From NCBI GenBank assembly GCA_902826245.1, contig CADEEA010000007.1, forward strand, positions 4,285 through 68,284: a stretch of DNA of 64,000 bases, in the 5' to 3' direction. Under the pieces are notes generated by a model that made no database searches, was not told the origin of the DNA, and worked only from the letters and a program-made list of their open reading frames with translations. Source of the stretch: an uncultured Alphaproteobacteria bacterium (GTDB taxonomy: Bacteria; Pseudomonadota; Alphaproteobacteria; Caulobacterales; Aquidulcibacteraceae). Numbering within the stretch: the stretch's first letter is position 1; each line of letters opens with the position of its first letter. The position numbers and the translations under genes were made by a program. This document shows, piece after piece, positions 30,514-40,232 of this stretch.

Positions 30514-31613
30514 GCTTTCTTGGGTCGCGTCTTGGTGTTTACATCATTGGGCGGATTCTCGGCGGCGTTACGATCGCGTTGGCGGGGGTGCTCGCCTCAA
30601 TCCTGTTGATCGATCTCGTCGAACAGATGCGCACCGTTGGAACGCGCGCCGACCTAACTTTGCTGGAAGCGGCGCGGCTGACCTTACTCAAGGCGCCGAT
30701 GCTGGTGGAGCAGACGCTGCCGTTTGTCGTGCTAGCCGGGACGATGATGGCTGTGATCGGGCTAAACCGTTCCTCCGAGCTTGTGGCCATGCGCGCGGCA
30801 GGCGTTTCGGCCTGGCGTTTTCTTGCTCCAGCGGCGTTGACGGGCGCCGTACTTGGGGCGCTGGCGGTAGTCGCGCTCAACCCATTGGGCGCACATCTCT
30901 ATGCGCAATTCGAGGCCGGGAAGGCGGATGCAATTTCAGGTCCGCGGGGCCAGAACGCAGGCGCCAACGGCATCTGGATTCGCGAGGGCAATCGCGATGA
31001 ACAGATTGTCATCCAAGCCGCCGGCGTCGATGCCTCCGGCGCCACCCTGCAACAGGCGACCTTCATGTTCTTCGAGCAGCGCCAGGGCGCACTCCGTTTC
31101 ACGCACCGCCTTCGCGCCAGGGTGGCCCAGCTCCTGCCCGGCCATTGGCAACTCACGGATGTGGTGGAGGCCGCCCCTGGTTCGCCACCGACAGCGCAGC
31201 CTTACCTGGCGATAGAATCGTCGCTGGATTCATCAGAACTCATCAATCGTTTCGTTAACCCAGCGACACTCTCTTTTTGGGCGCTGCCGGCTTTTGTGCA
31301 CGAAGCCAGGGCGGCCGGGTTCGCACCAACGCGTTACGAACTAAAACTCCAGACCCTGTTGGCCTATCCCCTGCTTTTGGCGGCTATGGCGAGCCTTGGC
31401 GCGGCCTTTTCGCTGCAATTGCAGCGCCTTGGCAACTTGGCCAGGTGGGGGGCGACCGGGGTGGGAATTGGGCTATTTCTGTTTTTCTACAGCCAATTGG
31501 CGGGCGCTTTCGCGATTACTCAGACAGTGCCCACCGCGGTGGCGGCCTGGAGCGCCCCCTTTGCAGGCATGTTCATTGCGCTCGCCATGATCGCCTTTAT
31601 GGAGGATGGCTGA
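30510..31613 (+). CDS. lptG: LPS export ABC permease LptG
   Basis: SELVAMRAAGVSAWRF motif; second permease. Confidence 0.9.
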   Translation: MSFLGSRLGVYIIGRILGGVTIALAGVLASILLIDLVEQMRTVGTRADLTLLEAARLTLLKAPMLVEQTLPFVVLAGTMMAVIGLNRSSELVAMRAAGVSAWRFLAPAALTGAVLGALAVVALNPLGAHLYAQFEAGKADAISGPRGQNAGANGIWIREGNRDEQIVIQAAGVDASGATLQQATFMFFEQRQGALRFTHRLRARVAQLLPGHWQLTDVVEAAPGSPPTAQPYLAIESSLDSSELINRFVNPATLSFWALPAFVHEARAAGFAPTRYELKLQTLLAYPLLLAAMASLGAAFSLQLQRLGNLARWGATGVGIGLFLFFYSQLAGAFAITQTVPTAVAAWSAPFAGMFIALAMIAFMEDG

Positions 31614-31723
31614 GCAGCGCCCGGTTCGCCCAGCGGCGGCGAGCGCTGGACGGCCCCGGTCCGAGGGGATTAGGTATTCAGGGGAGTCGCATTAGGGATG
31701 TGCGAATGAGCCGCGTGGGGGAA

Positions 31724-33934
31724 ATGGCCAACAGGCCGGCTGAGCGGACGCCGTTCGGCTGGGCCGCGGTCGCGGCGGCGCTTGCCGTTTGCGCCAGCCC
31801 CAACGCTATTGCACAAACCCCCGCGAGCGCATCCACAGCAGACCGCACCCCTGTTCTGCTCGAGGCCGACCAGATCATCGACGATCAGGCCGCCCGCACG
31901 GTGACCGCCGAAGGCGATGTACAAGTTCGCTACGATGGGAGAACCCTTCGGTCCGACAGCCTGGTCTATGATCTCAACACCGGCGCTATCCGCGCCATCG
32001 GCAATGTCCAGGTGGTGCTGCCCGACGGTTCGACAACCTACGCCGAAGAAATCGAAGCCGACGAAGCGCTCAATGTTGGCGCAGCGCGCGAGTTGCGCGC
32101 GCGGCTGGGCGAGACCGGCACATTGGCGGCGCGCGCCGCGCTCCGCCACGGCGAAGGCGAGAACGAACTTCGCAATGTCATCTACACTTCCTGCCCAGTT
32201 TGCGAGACGGGCGAGCGCCCTCCGACCTGGGCGCTGCGTGCGCGGCGCGCCATCCAAGATCACGACACCCGGACTGTCTCCTATCAAAACGCCGTCGTCG
32301 AAGTGGCTGGCGTGCCGGTCTTGTACTTCCCATATTTCGCCCACCCCGATCCGACCGTTGAACGCGCCTCGGGCCTGCTGCCCCCAGGCATCGGCCGCAA
32401 CCGTCCGCTCGGAACATTCTATGAGCAGCCCTATTATTGGGCCATCTCCCCGTCCCAGGACCTGACAACGTCGCTGCGTGTGCACGGCAACGTCAACCCA
32501 ATGGTGTCGCTGGATTATCGCAAGCGATTTTGGTCAGGCGAGTTGTCTGCCCAGACCACCTTCACCCAGGAGCGCTTGTTCAACAATGACGGCGAACTTC
32601 TAGGCGAAGAGCGATTCCGGTTCAGCGCCTTCGCACAAGGCCAGTTCAAAATCAGCGATTACTGGGATTGGGGCTTCGGCGTCGAGCACATCTACGATGA
32701 CGATTACCTGCGCCGCTACGGCGTCCGCGGGGCGGGCGAGCGCCACGGGCCATACATTGGGCAATACACGCGGCTGATTTCGCAATTGTTCGCGATCGGC
32801 CAGAACGCCGATTCCTACACCTCGGTTTCGTTTGTCGATTTCCAAGGTTTACGCGAAACCGATAGCTCCGACCTGCTGCCGGTTATTTTGCCGTTCGCTG
32901 AGACCGAGCGCGTGCTGCCGCTACTGGGCGGCCAGATGCGTTTGCAAGCGAACGCCGCCGTCCTTTCGCGCAGCGACAATCCCGCTACCCTTCCATTTGA
33001 GGGCGACGACGCGCGTTTGTCGCTGTCAGCGACTTGGCGTCGCGACACGGTGTTTGGACCGGGTATGGTGCTGTCTCCGTTCGCCCAGGCGCGAGGCGAC
33101 CTCTACGGGGTGGAAACCAGCCAGAGCGATGTCGAGAGTTTCACGCGCGGGTTGGGGCTTGCGGGCGTCGAGGTCAGCTGGCCGTTCATGCGCCCGGGCG
33201 AAAGGTTCGACCTGATCGTAGAACCGGTGGCGATGGCCGCCTATGCGAGCAACGCCACGCCCGATCCGCGCATCGTCAACGAAGATAGCCTCGCCTTCGA
33301 ACTAGACGATTCAAACCTGTTCCGCCCCAATGGCGCTCCCAATTACGATCTCTGGGAGCCAGGCTCGCGCGTCAGCCTGGGCGTTCGCGCCACCGCCCGC
33401 GCCCATAGCGGAGAAAGCGCGACTCTGTTGTTTGGTAGACGTTGGCGCGAGCAGCAGGCGCCAGGTTTCACCCAGCAGAACAATATGGACGGGCGGGCGA
33501 GCGATTGGGTCGGCGCGTTCCAAGCCGACCTTGGGCCTAAATTGGGGGCCGAAGCCCGCATCCGCCTGGATGACGAGACCCTCGAACTCAACCGCATCGA
33601 TCTCGGCGTGCGCGCCTCGGCGGGACGTTTTTCGGCTCAAGCGCGATATTTTAGCGTCGCAGACACTCTGTCGCCAGGCGACCCTGGCGAAGAAATCACC
33701 GCCCAGGCCGGAATCAATCTGGCGGGAGGGTGGCGAATGCAGCTCGGACTGACACGCGACCTCGATTCAGACATAAATCTGCGCCAGGACATCCGCGCCA
33801 TCTACGAGGATGATTGCACGTTTCTAGAGATCGCCTACACCCGCTCGGAGACTCAGCGCGGCACCATCGGTCCCGACGAGGGCCTGCAGATCAAGATCGG
33901 TCTGCGTTCGCTTGGGGTGTTCGGCGGAAGCTGA
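31724..33934 (+). CDS. lptD: LPS assembly protein LptD
   Basis: OstA-like N-terminus, YTSCPVC, beta-barrel and YEDDCT motif. Start uncertain (31706 or 31724). Confidence 0.92.
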   Translation: MANRPAERTPFGWAAVAAALAVCASPNAIAQTPASASTADRTPVLLEADQIIDDQAARTVTAEGDVQVRYDGRTLRSDSLVYDLNTGAIRAIGNVQVVLPDGSTTYAEEIEADEALNVGAARELRARLGETGTLAARAALRHGEGENELRNVIYTSCPVCETGERPPTWALRARRAIQDHDTRTVSYQNAVVEVAGVPVLYFPYFAHPDPTVERASGLLPPGIGRNRPLGTFYEQPYYWAISPSQDLTTSLRVHGNVNPMVSLDYRKRFWSGELSAQTTFTQERLFNNDGELLGEERFRFSAFAQGQFKISDYWDWGFGVEHIYDDDYLRRYGVRGAGERHGPYIGQYTRLISQLFAIGQNADSYTSVSFVDFQGLRETDSSDLLPVILPFAETERVLPLLGGQMRLQANAAVLSRSDNPATLPFEGDDARLSLSATWRRDTVFGPGMVLSPFAQARGDLYGVETSQSDVESFTRGLGLAGVEVSWPFMRPGERFDLIVEPVAMAAYASNATPDPRIVNEDSLAFELDDSNLFRPNGAPNYDLWEPGSRVSLGVRATARAHSGESATLLFGRRWREQQAPGFTQQNNMDGRASDWVGAFQADLGPKLGAEARIRLDDETLELNRIDLGVRASAGRFSAQARYFSVADTLSPGDPGEEITAQAGINLAGGWRMQLGLTRDLDSDINLRQDIRAIYEDDCTFLEIAYTRSETQRGTIGPDEGLQIKIGLRSLGVFGGS

Positions 33935-33951
33935 GGTCGGAGCCAAGACTT

Positions 33952-35187
33952 ATGAGACAAATGAAACAAGTCGCCGCGGCGGCATTGTTCGCAGGGATTG
34001 TCGGCTTGTCCGCGCCAGCTTCGGCGCAATTGGCGGAGGGTGTGGCGGCGATCGTCAACGACACCGTTATTTCGACATTCGACGTGCGCCAGCGAGCGAA
34101 CTTGCTGCTGGTGTCGGCAGGCATCCAGTCGACACCGGAGATGGAGCAACGCGCCCGCGCGCAGGCACTGCGCGATCTGGTGGACGAACACCTACAGCTG
34201 GCGGAGGCCAAACACTTCGAGATTGAAGTCTCTGACGAACAGGTCGAACGACGCATCGCCGACATCGCCCGCCAAAACCAGACGGATCTGGCGGGGCTTG
34301 CCCAGCAGCTCGCAAGCCAGGGCATTTCGATTTCAACGTTGCGCACGCAACTCCGCGCCGACATTGCCTGGCAAAGGCTGATGTCGGGAATGTATGGCAG
34401 CCGAGTCCGCGTTTCAGAGGTGGAGGTCCGCGAGACGCAAGAGCGCATCGCCGCCAGCGCCACGCAGACCCAGTACCAATTGTCGGAAATCTTCCTCCCC
34501 GCCGAGACTGAAGCCGAGTTCGCCGAGATGGAACAAGGCGCCATGCGGCTGCTGCAGGAGATGCAGCGCGGCGCTCCCTTTCCCCTGGTTGCGCGCCAGT
34601 TCTCGCGGTCCGCGTCGGCGGCCGCAGGCGGCGACATCGGCTGGATTTCGGCGCCGGAATTGGCGCCGGAACTACAGCCCGTGGCCGACCAATTGCAGCA
34701 AGGCCAGGTTTCATTGCCAATCCGCACGCCGAATGGCGTCTACCTCCTCGCGATGCGCGAACGGCGCGCTGGCGCGCCCGCGGGCGCGACCTCGCTGGTG
34801 CGTTTGCGCCAGATCACCGCGCCTGCTGGACGTGAAAACGCGCTAGCACGGGTGCAGCGACGGATTGCCGGCTGCGACGACCTTGAGGATGCAGTGTCGA
34901 GTGTGCCCGACGCGAGCGTCATCGACCTCGGACAAGCAGCGGAAGCTGACCTCTCGCCGGTTGTCGTTGAGCGTATTGCCGGCGTCGCTGTGGGCTCGGC
35001 GTCGCGTGTTCAGGTCGACGGCGACCTCGCCTCCAGCTTTGTCGTCTGCTCGCGCGAAGCCGGCGGTTCGGCGGTGCCTGATCGCCAGGAGATCGAAGGT
35101 CGCCTGCGTGAGCAGGAACTGACCATGCTGTCGGAGCGCTATCTGCGCAATCTGCGGCGCGAGGCCACGATCATCACGCGTCAATGA
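33952..35187 (+). CDS. surA: Peptidylprolyl isomerase/chaperone SurA
   Basis: AAIVNDTVIS N-terminus and parvulin domain (FSRSASAAAGGDIGW); lptD-surA-pdxA-rsmA synteny. Confidence 0.9.
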   Translation: MRQMKQVAAAALFAGIVGLSAPASAQLAEGVAAIVNDTVISTFDVRQRANLLLVSAGIQSTPEMEQRARAQALRDLVDEHLQLAEAKHFEIEVSDEQVERRIADIARQNQTDLAGLAQQLASQGISISTLRTQLRADIAWQRLMSGMYGSRVRVSEVEVRETQERIAASATQTQYQLSEIFLPAETEAEFAEMEQGAMRLLQEMQRGAPFPLVARQFSRSASAAAGGDIGWISAPELAPELQPVADQLQQGQVSLPIRTPNGVYLLAMRERRAGAPAGATSLVRLRQITAPAGRENALARVQRRIAGCDDLEDAVSSVPDASVIDLGQAAEADLSPVVVERIAGVAVGSASRVQVDGDLASSFVVCSREAGGSAVPDRQEIEGRLREQELTMLSERYLRNLRREATIITRQ

Positions 35188-35188
35188 G

Positions 35189-36196
35189 ATGAAGCCGCTC
35201 GCGGTTTCGATGGGCGATCCCAGCGGGATCGGACTCGAACTGGCGGCGCGCTTGTGGGCGGAACGCAAGGCGCCGCGGTTTTTTCTGGTAGGCGACCCTG
35301 GCGCATTCGAGCGCGCGAGCGCGCGGCTTGGCCTGCCGCGGCCCCAAATCCATGTCGCTTCCGACCCTACCTCGCTTTGCGAAGCCAAGCCTGACGCGCT
35401 GCCGTTTCTGGACGTGCCGCTCGCCCACGAAGAGACGCCTGGCGTTCCCAATCCTGCCAACGCGCCTGCCATTGTTTGCGCCATCGAGCGTGGGGTCGCC
35501 GCCGTGCGCTTAGGCGCCGCGTCGGCACTGGTGACCCTTCCCATCGCGAAGAGTGTGCTGCAGGAGGCCGGTTTTGTCTTTCCAGGCCACACCGAATATG
35601 TCGCCCACCTCACCGCGGGCGACACCTATGACGGCGCACGCGGGCCAGTGATGATGCTGGCAGGACCCCAGCTGAGAGTGGCCCTCGCAACCATCCACAC
35701 ACCGCTGGCCGAGGTTTCACCTCAAATCACGAGCGCCCGCATCACCCAGATCGGGCGCGTTGTGGGCGAAGCACTGCGGCGTGATTTCGGCGTCGCAAAG
35801 CCGCGCATCGCCCTATGCGGACTGAACCCGCACGCGGGAGAAAACGGCCGCATCGGCCACGAGGAACGGGAAATAATCAACCCAGCAGCCGCGATTCTGC
35901 GCAACGAAGGTTGGGACATCACCGACGCGCGCTCCGCCGACTCGCTCTTCCATGAGGGCGCGCGCGCTGGCTACGACGCAGCAATTGCGCTATACCATGA
36001 CCAGGGCCTGATCCCGATCAAGACGCTGCACTTCTGGGACGCGGTCAACGTCACGCTCGGACTGCCCATCGTGCGCACTTCGCCAGATCACGGCGTCGGC
36101 TTCGACATCGCCGGCAAGGGCGTGGCGCGCGCCGATAGTCTCCGTGCGGCGCTCAATTTGGCTACATCGATGGCGAAGCGCCGCGCCTCAGCATGA
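35189..36196 (+). CDS. pdxA: 4-hydroxythreonine-4-phosphate dehydrogenase
   Basis: GDPSGIG, GLNPHAGE, YHDQGLIP and RTSPDHG motifs. Confidence 0.97.
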   Translation: MKPLAVSMGDPSGIGLELAARLWAERKAPRFFLVGDPGAFERASARLGLPRPQIHVASDPTSLCEAKPDALPFLDVPLAHEETPGVPNPANAPAIVCAIERGVAAVRLGAASALVTLPIAKSVLQEAGFVFPGHTEYVAHLTAGDTYDGARGPVMMLAGPQLRVALATIHTPLAEVSPQITSARITQIGRVVGEALRRDFGVAKPRIALCGLNPHAGENGRIGHEEREIINPAAAILRNEGWDITDARSADSLFHEGARAGYDAAIALYHDQGLIPIKTLHFWDAVNVTLGLPIVRTSPDHGVGFDIAGKGVARADSLRAALNLATSMAKRRASA

Positions 36197-37056
36197 ATTC
36201 CGACGATCTGCCGTCACTCCGCAGTGCGCTCGAAGCGCACGGCCTGTGGGCCAACAAGGCGCTCGGCCAACATTTCCTGCTCGACATGAACATCACGCGC
36301 CGCATCGCACGCGCCGCCGGCAACATCGCTGGCAGACCAGTGATCGAGGTCGGCCCCGGTCCTGGCGGGTTGACGCGCGCACTACTCGAAGCCGGCGCCG
36401 CCCCCTTGATCGCTATCGAGAAGGACGCGCGCTTTCTGCCTCTGCTAGAGCCGCTGGCGGAGTGGAGCGGGGGACGCCTGCACATTGTGCACGGCGACGC
36501 GTTGAATTACGCGCCGCCCTACGCCGCGAGCGCCGCCGACGAAACGCCGGTCCAGATCGTCTCGAACCTCCCGTACAACATCGGCACGCCGCTGCTGGTG
36601 CAATGGCTCAAGGCTGGACCTTGGCGTGGTGATATGACGCTCATGTTCCAGAAGGAGGTAGCGCAGCGCATCGTCGCCAAGCCGGGAACGAAGGCGTACG
36701 GACGCCTCGCGGTGCTAGCCCAGGCGCGCTGCGAGTGTCGCCTCGAGTTCACGATCCCCGCGCGCGCATTCACGCCGCCGCCGAAAATCGCGTCGGCAGT
36801 CGTGCGCCTTACCAATCTCGCCGGGCCCTACCCCCACCTCGATGCACTCGAACGCGTTACTGCGGCAGCCTTCGGGCAGCGCCGCAAGATGCTCCGCAGC
36901 GCGCTGCGCGCACTGACGCCGGGGGCCGAGGATTTGCTCCGCACAGCGGGCTTATCGGCTACCGCGCGCGCGGAAAAGATCGATGGAGCAGGGTTTTGCG
37001 CGCTCGCTGACGCGTGGCGCGCGATTTGCCCAACAGAATCGACGACCAAGCCATAA
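36193..37056 (+). CDS. rsmA: 16S rRNA dimethyladenosine transferase
   Basis: LGQHFL, IEVGPGPGGLT, SNLPYNI and MFQKEVA motifs. Confidence 0.97.
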   Translation: MNSDDLPSLRSALEAHGLWANKALGQHFLLDMNITRRIARAAGNIAGRPVIEVGPGPGGLTRALLEAGAAPLIAIEKDARFLPLLEPLAEWSGGRLHIVHGDALNYAPPYAASAADETPVQIVSNLPYNIGTPLLVQWLKAGPWRGDMTLMFQKEVAQRIVAKPGTKAYGRLAVLAQARCECRLEFTIPARAFTPPPKIASAVVRLTNLAGPYPHLDALERVTAAAFGQRRKMLRSALRALTPGAEDLLRTAGLSATARAEKIDGAGFCALADAWRAICPTESTTKP

Positions 37057-37220
37057 CGCATGCGTCCGTTGATTTCGCGCGTTGACGGCGGATCGTGTTT
37101 TTCCGCTTGACTGCGAGTAGCCGCGACTGTGCGCTTCTTTGTCTCTGTCCGTGGCGATCACGCACTTGCCTGGGGCCGATCGATACAGGCGCGAATATCT
37201 CAGCACAGTGCGGTCGCGTC

Positions 37221-38030
37221 TCACGGGGCGCGGTTCGCGGCGTCTTCTATTTGCACGCGGTAGCCTGAGCGCACGTGCGGGAAATAATCCCAAATCGCCA
37301 GATGCTGAGTGCAGCGATTGTCCCAGAACGCCACCGAATGCGGCTCCCAGCGGAAGCGCATGGCGAAATACGGATCTTCGCAATGCTGGTAGAGGAACTC
37401 CAGCAAGTGCCGGCTCTCTCTCGGAGAGACTTCATTGATGTGGCTGGTAAAGCCTCGATTGACAAAAATCACCTTGCGGCCAGTCACCGGGTGAACGCGG
37501 ATAACCGGATGCACAGATTTGGGATACTTGCCTTCCGGATCGAAACGGCCAAACGCAAGGATGCCGTCATGGGTGGCCGTCAAACCCTCGAGATAAGTCT
37601 TCATCCGGTCAGAGAGCGCATCATAGGCCGCGTACATGCTGGCGAAAATCGTGTCGCCGCCTTGTGGCGGCAGCGTGTGCAGATAGAGGATGCTGCCCAT
37701 TGGCGGCACTGCGGCGCACGACATATCCGTGTGCCATTCCTCGCCGGAGACATGCTTTGAGTTTTCGTCGGCGTGCAATTTGCGCACGTCGGGATAGTCC
37801 GGCATGCCTTTCAAAGCATGGCGCTGCAGCTTGCCGAAATATTGCCCCACCCGAGACAATGAACCGGGGTCGAGCCTCTGATCCCGGAAGAAGATCACTT
37901 GGTGATCGGCCAACGCTTGGTGCAGATCGTCGACAGCTGCATTGCTCAAAGGCTGGGTCAGATCGACACCGGAAATGACCGCCCCGATCCGCGGTGTGAT
38001 GGGGGAGGCCTTGATTGTGGCGTAGCTCAT
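37221..38030 (-). CDS. TauD/TfdA-family Fe(II)/2-oxoglutarate dioxygenase
   Basis: WHTD facial-triad motif, GGDTIFA and WDNRCTQH. Confidence 0.92.
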   Translation of the reverse strand: MSYATIKASPITPRIGAVISGVDLTQPLSNAAVDDLHQALADHQVIFFRDQRLDPGSLSRVGQYFGKLQRHALKGMPDYPDVRKLHADENSKHVSGEEWHTDMSCAAVPPMGSILYLHTLPPQGGDTIFASMYAAYDALSDRMKTYLEGLTATHDGILAFGRFDPEGKYPKSVHPVIRVHPVTGRKVIFVNRGFTSHINEVSPRESRHLLEFLYQHCEDPYFAMRFRWEPHSVAFWDNRCTQHLAIWDYFPHVRSGYRVQIEDAANRAP

Positions 38031-38083
38031 GGGCGCCTCTGCATGCGTGGAATTTTGACGGCTCGATGACTATAAGTTGCCGC

Positions 38084-38100
38084 AGATTGTCTGGCAATCT
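38084..38100. promoter_or_regulatory. Operator copy 1 of the TTGTCWGACAA motif
   Basis: AGATTGTCTGGCAATCT palindrome between the divergent TauD and quinone oxidoreductase genes. Confidence 0.65.
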
Positions 38101-38127
38101 AGCGAAGCTGGGCACGTGGAGCAGGAA

Positions 38128-39135
38128 ATGGCCGAATCGATGAGGGCAATACGCTTGGACGAAACCGGGCCGCCGGCGAATTTGCGCTGCATCGAGACCG
38201 ATCGCCCGGTCTTGGCGCCAGATGGTGTGCTGATCCGCGTCGCTTATGCCGGTATCATTTATGCCGACGCCGAGGCGCGGCGCGGCACTTATTACCGGAA
38301 AACCACCCTGCCCTGGTTTCCAGGTCGCGAAGCAGCCGGGATTGTTGCTGCTATTGGATCGGCCGTGACCGGGTTCAAGCCGGGCGATCGGGTGGCGGCC
38401 CTGGTCATGGGCGGAGGCTGCTACGCCGAATACGTGCAGGCGCGCACCGCCCCGCACCAGCTTCCCAGCGGCAGCGAAGGCGCGCCCTCTGACATCATTG
38501 CGTTGCCTGATGGGGTGAGCTTCACGCGGGCCTTGGTCTATCTCGTGAACTTCCGACTGGCGCACATTTTGTTTCATGCCTGGGCACGCACGCCGCCTCA
38601 TGCGCGCATCATGGTGCATGGAGCGGCGGGCGGCATGGGCGCCATGCTCCTGCAACTGGCGGCGCAACAGGGCTGCGAAACCATCGCGATGGTGCGCAAC
38701 GAGATGGAAGCGGACTTCTGCCGCCGCCTCGGCGCCGCACACGCGATTGACGCAAGCCAACACGATTATGTCGCGGCGATCGAGGCATTGGGCGGAGGCG
38801 TGCACTTCAGCTTCAACGGCGTCGGCGGCGACACCATTAATCGCGATCCGCTTCTGCTCGCGCCTTTCGGTGAGCTGATCTGCTACGGTTATGTCGCTGG
38901 CAAACAGCCGATCGACTTCTTCGCCCTCGACCGCACGCTGAGCATAAAGTCGTTCAACGCCGACAATTTCCTGAAGACGCCCCATTTCGCTGCCGCTACT
39001 GCTGCCATGCGTGAACAATTTCACCGTGCCGCGCTTCTCGACGCGGGCCGGATATTTCCGCTGCCGCAAGCTGCGGAGGCTCACGAGGCCTTAGAATCTG
39101 GTGACTTTCTTGGGAAGATCGTGCTTCAACCGTGA
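38128..39135 (+). CDS. NADPH:quinone oxidoreductase-like MDR protein (no Zn ligands)
   Basis: PGREAAG and VHGAAGGMG motifs; GKIVL C-terminus. Confidence 0.88.
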   Translation: MAESMRAIRLDETGPPANLRCIETDRPVLAPDGVLIRVAYAGIIYADAEARRGTYYRKTTLPWFPGREAAGIVAAIGSAVTGFKPGDRVAALVMGGGCYAEYVQARTAPHQLPSGSEGAPSDIIALPDGVSFTRALVYLVNFRLAHILFHAWARTPPHARIMVHGAAGGMGAMLLQLAAQQGCETIAMVRNEMEADFCRRLGAAHAIDASQHDYVAAIEALGGGVHFSFNGVGGDTINRDPLLLAPFGELICYGYVAGKQPIDFFALDRTLSIKSFNADNFLKTPHFAAATAAMREQFHRAALLDAGRIFPLPQAAEAHEALESGDFLGKIVLQP

Positions 39136-39175
39136 CCGCCGCGGACTTGACGCCGCCGGCCGCGAGCGCGATGAT

Positions 39176-39186
39176 TTGTCTGACAA
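39176..39186. promoter_or_regulatory. Operator copy 2 (perfect TTGTCTGACAA)
   Basis: Lies 13 bp upstream of the small HTH-like gene at 39200. Confidence 0.7.
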
Positions 39187-39199
39187 TCTTAGGTGCCAC

Positions 39200-39478
39200 A
39201 TGTCCGATCTTCATGCCCGCTTGGCGCGGCAATCTCTGCGCCGACCACTCACACCCGACGAAGCGGGACTCGCTTTGGCGCTTGAGCAGATCTTTGCTGG
39301 CGGCCAGCACGACTTTGCAGGTGTCGCCAAAGCACTCGCTGACAGGGACGTGAAGCGCCCGTCCGGTGAAACAAGCGCTTGGACGCCGGAATCACTTGAA
39401 CAAGAGCTAAGACGCATCAACGCCGACTTGGATAAGGCCTACGAGACGCTCGACCTGATGCTAGCAGCAGGAGCGTGA
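39200..39478 (+). CDS. Recombinase-like helix-turn-helix domain small protein
   Basis: R.LT..E..LA.ALE.IF..G.HD...V...L...RPSG...WT pattern, recognised from Rieske-oxygenase-associated clusters; GTGA overlap with the SDR gene. Confidence 0.7.
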   Translation: MSDLHARLARQSLRRPLTPDEAGLALALEQIFAGGQHDFAGVAKALADRDVKRPSGETSAWTPESLEQELRRINADLDKAYETLDLMLAAGA

Positions 39479-40221
39479 TGCTCAAGGGGCGCACAATAGT
39501 TATCACCGGCGCCGCGCGCGGCGTAGGTTTGGCCGCCGCCAAAGCGTGCGCTCGCCATGGTGCGCGACTCGTCCTGGCTGACCTACTCATCGACCTCGGC
39601 AAGGCCGAAACCCAAAGCCTAGTCGAAGGCGGCGCCGAGGCCCGGTTCGTATCCATCGATTTAGACGCCCCCTCTTCGATTGAAGCGTTTGCGGCTGATA
39701 TCAAAGCGCACGAAGGTGGCGTCGACGGCTTAGTGAACAACGCCGCCATCGCTACCAATGTCGGCGGCGCGGGCTTTGAGGACATCGACCCAGCGCTCTG
39801 GGACAAGGTTATGCGCGTCAATGTACGCGGCACGTGGCTTGTCACACGCGCCCTTTCTCCGCTGTTCGGCAAGGACGCCCGCATCGTCAACATGGCGTCC
39901 GACACCGCGCTATGGGGACCGCAACGGCTCCTGGCCTATGTAGCGAGCAAAGGGGCGGTGATTTCCATGACCCGTTCACTGGCGCGCGAATTGGGGCCGC
40001 GCGGCATTGGCATTGTGGCGCTCGCGCCCGGGCTGATGCGCAACGAAGCCACCGAATACGTACCCGCCGAGCGCCACGCCCAAAACGAAAAGGGCCGCGC
40101 TGTACCCGGGCCGCAATTTCCCGAGGACATCGTCGACATAATCGCCTTTCTGCTGACGCCCGCAGCGCTGCCGCTAACCGGGCAAGTCATTCCCGTCGAC
40201 GCTGGCTTTGTGTTTGTTTAG
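39475..40221 (+). CDS. Short-chain dehydrogenase/reductase
   Basis: TGAARGVG, NNAA and YVASKG motifs. Confidence 0.93.
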   Translation: MMLKGRTIVITGAARGVGLAAAKACARHGARLVLADLLIDLGKAETQSLVEGGAEARFVSIDLDAPSSIEAFAADIKAHEGGVDGLVNNAAIATNVGGAGFEDIDPALWDKVMRVNVRGTWLVTRALSPLFGKDARIVNMASDTALWGPQRLLAYVASKGAVISMTRSLARELGPRGIGIVALAPGLMRNEATEYVPAERHAQNEKGRAVPGPQFPEDIVDIIAFLLTPAALPLTGQVIPVDAGFVFV

Positions 40222-40232
40222 CGAGGCGCTGC

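Noticed and set aside
31277-31723. Extended lptD N-terminus
   Set aside because: It overlaps lptG; a plausible SD and signal peptide occur only near 31706-31724.
37621-39084. 487-aa minus-strand ORF
   Set aside because: Antisense shadow of the quinone oxidoreductase with no recognisable domain.
39200-39478. Reading the recombinase-like HTH gene as the island's mobility function
   Set aside because: It is only 92 aa with no catalytic recombinase domain, and it is translationally coupled to metabolic genes.
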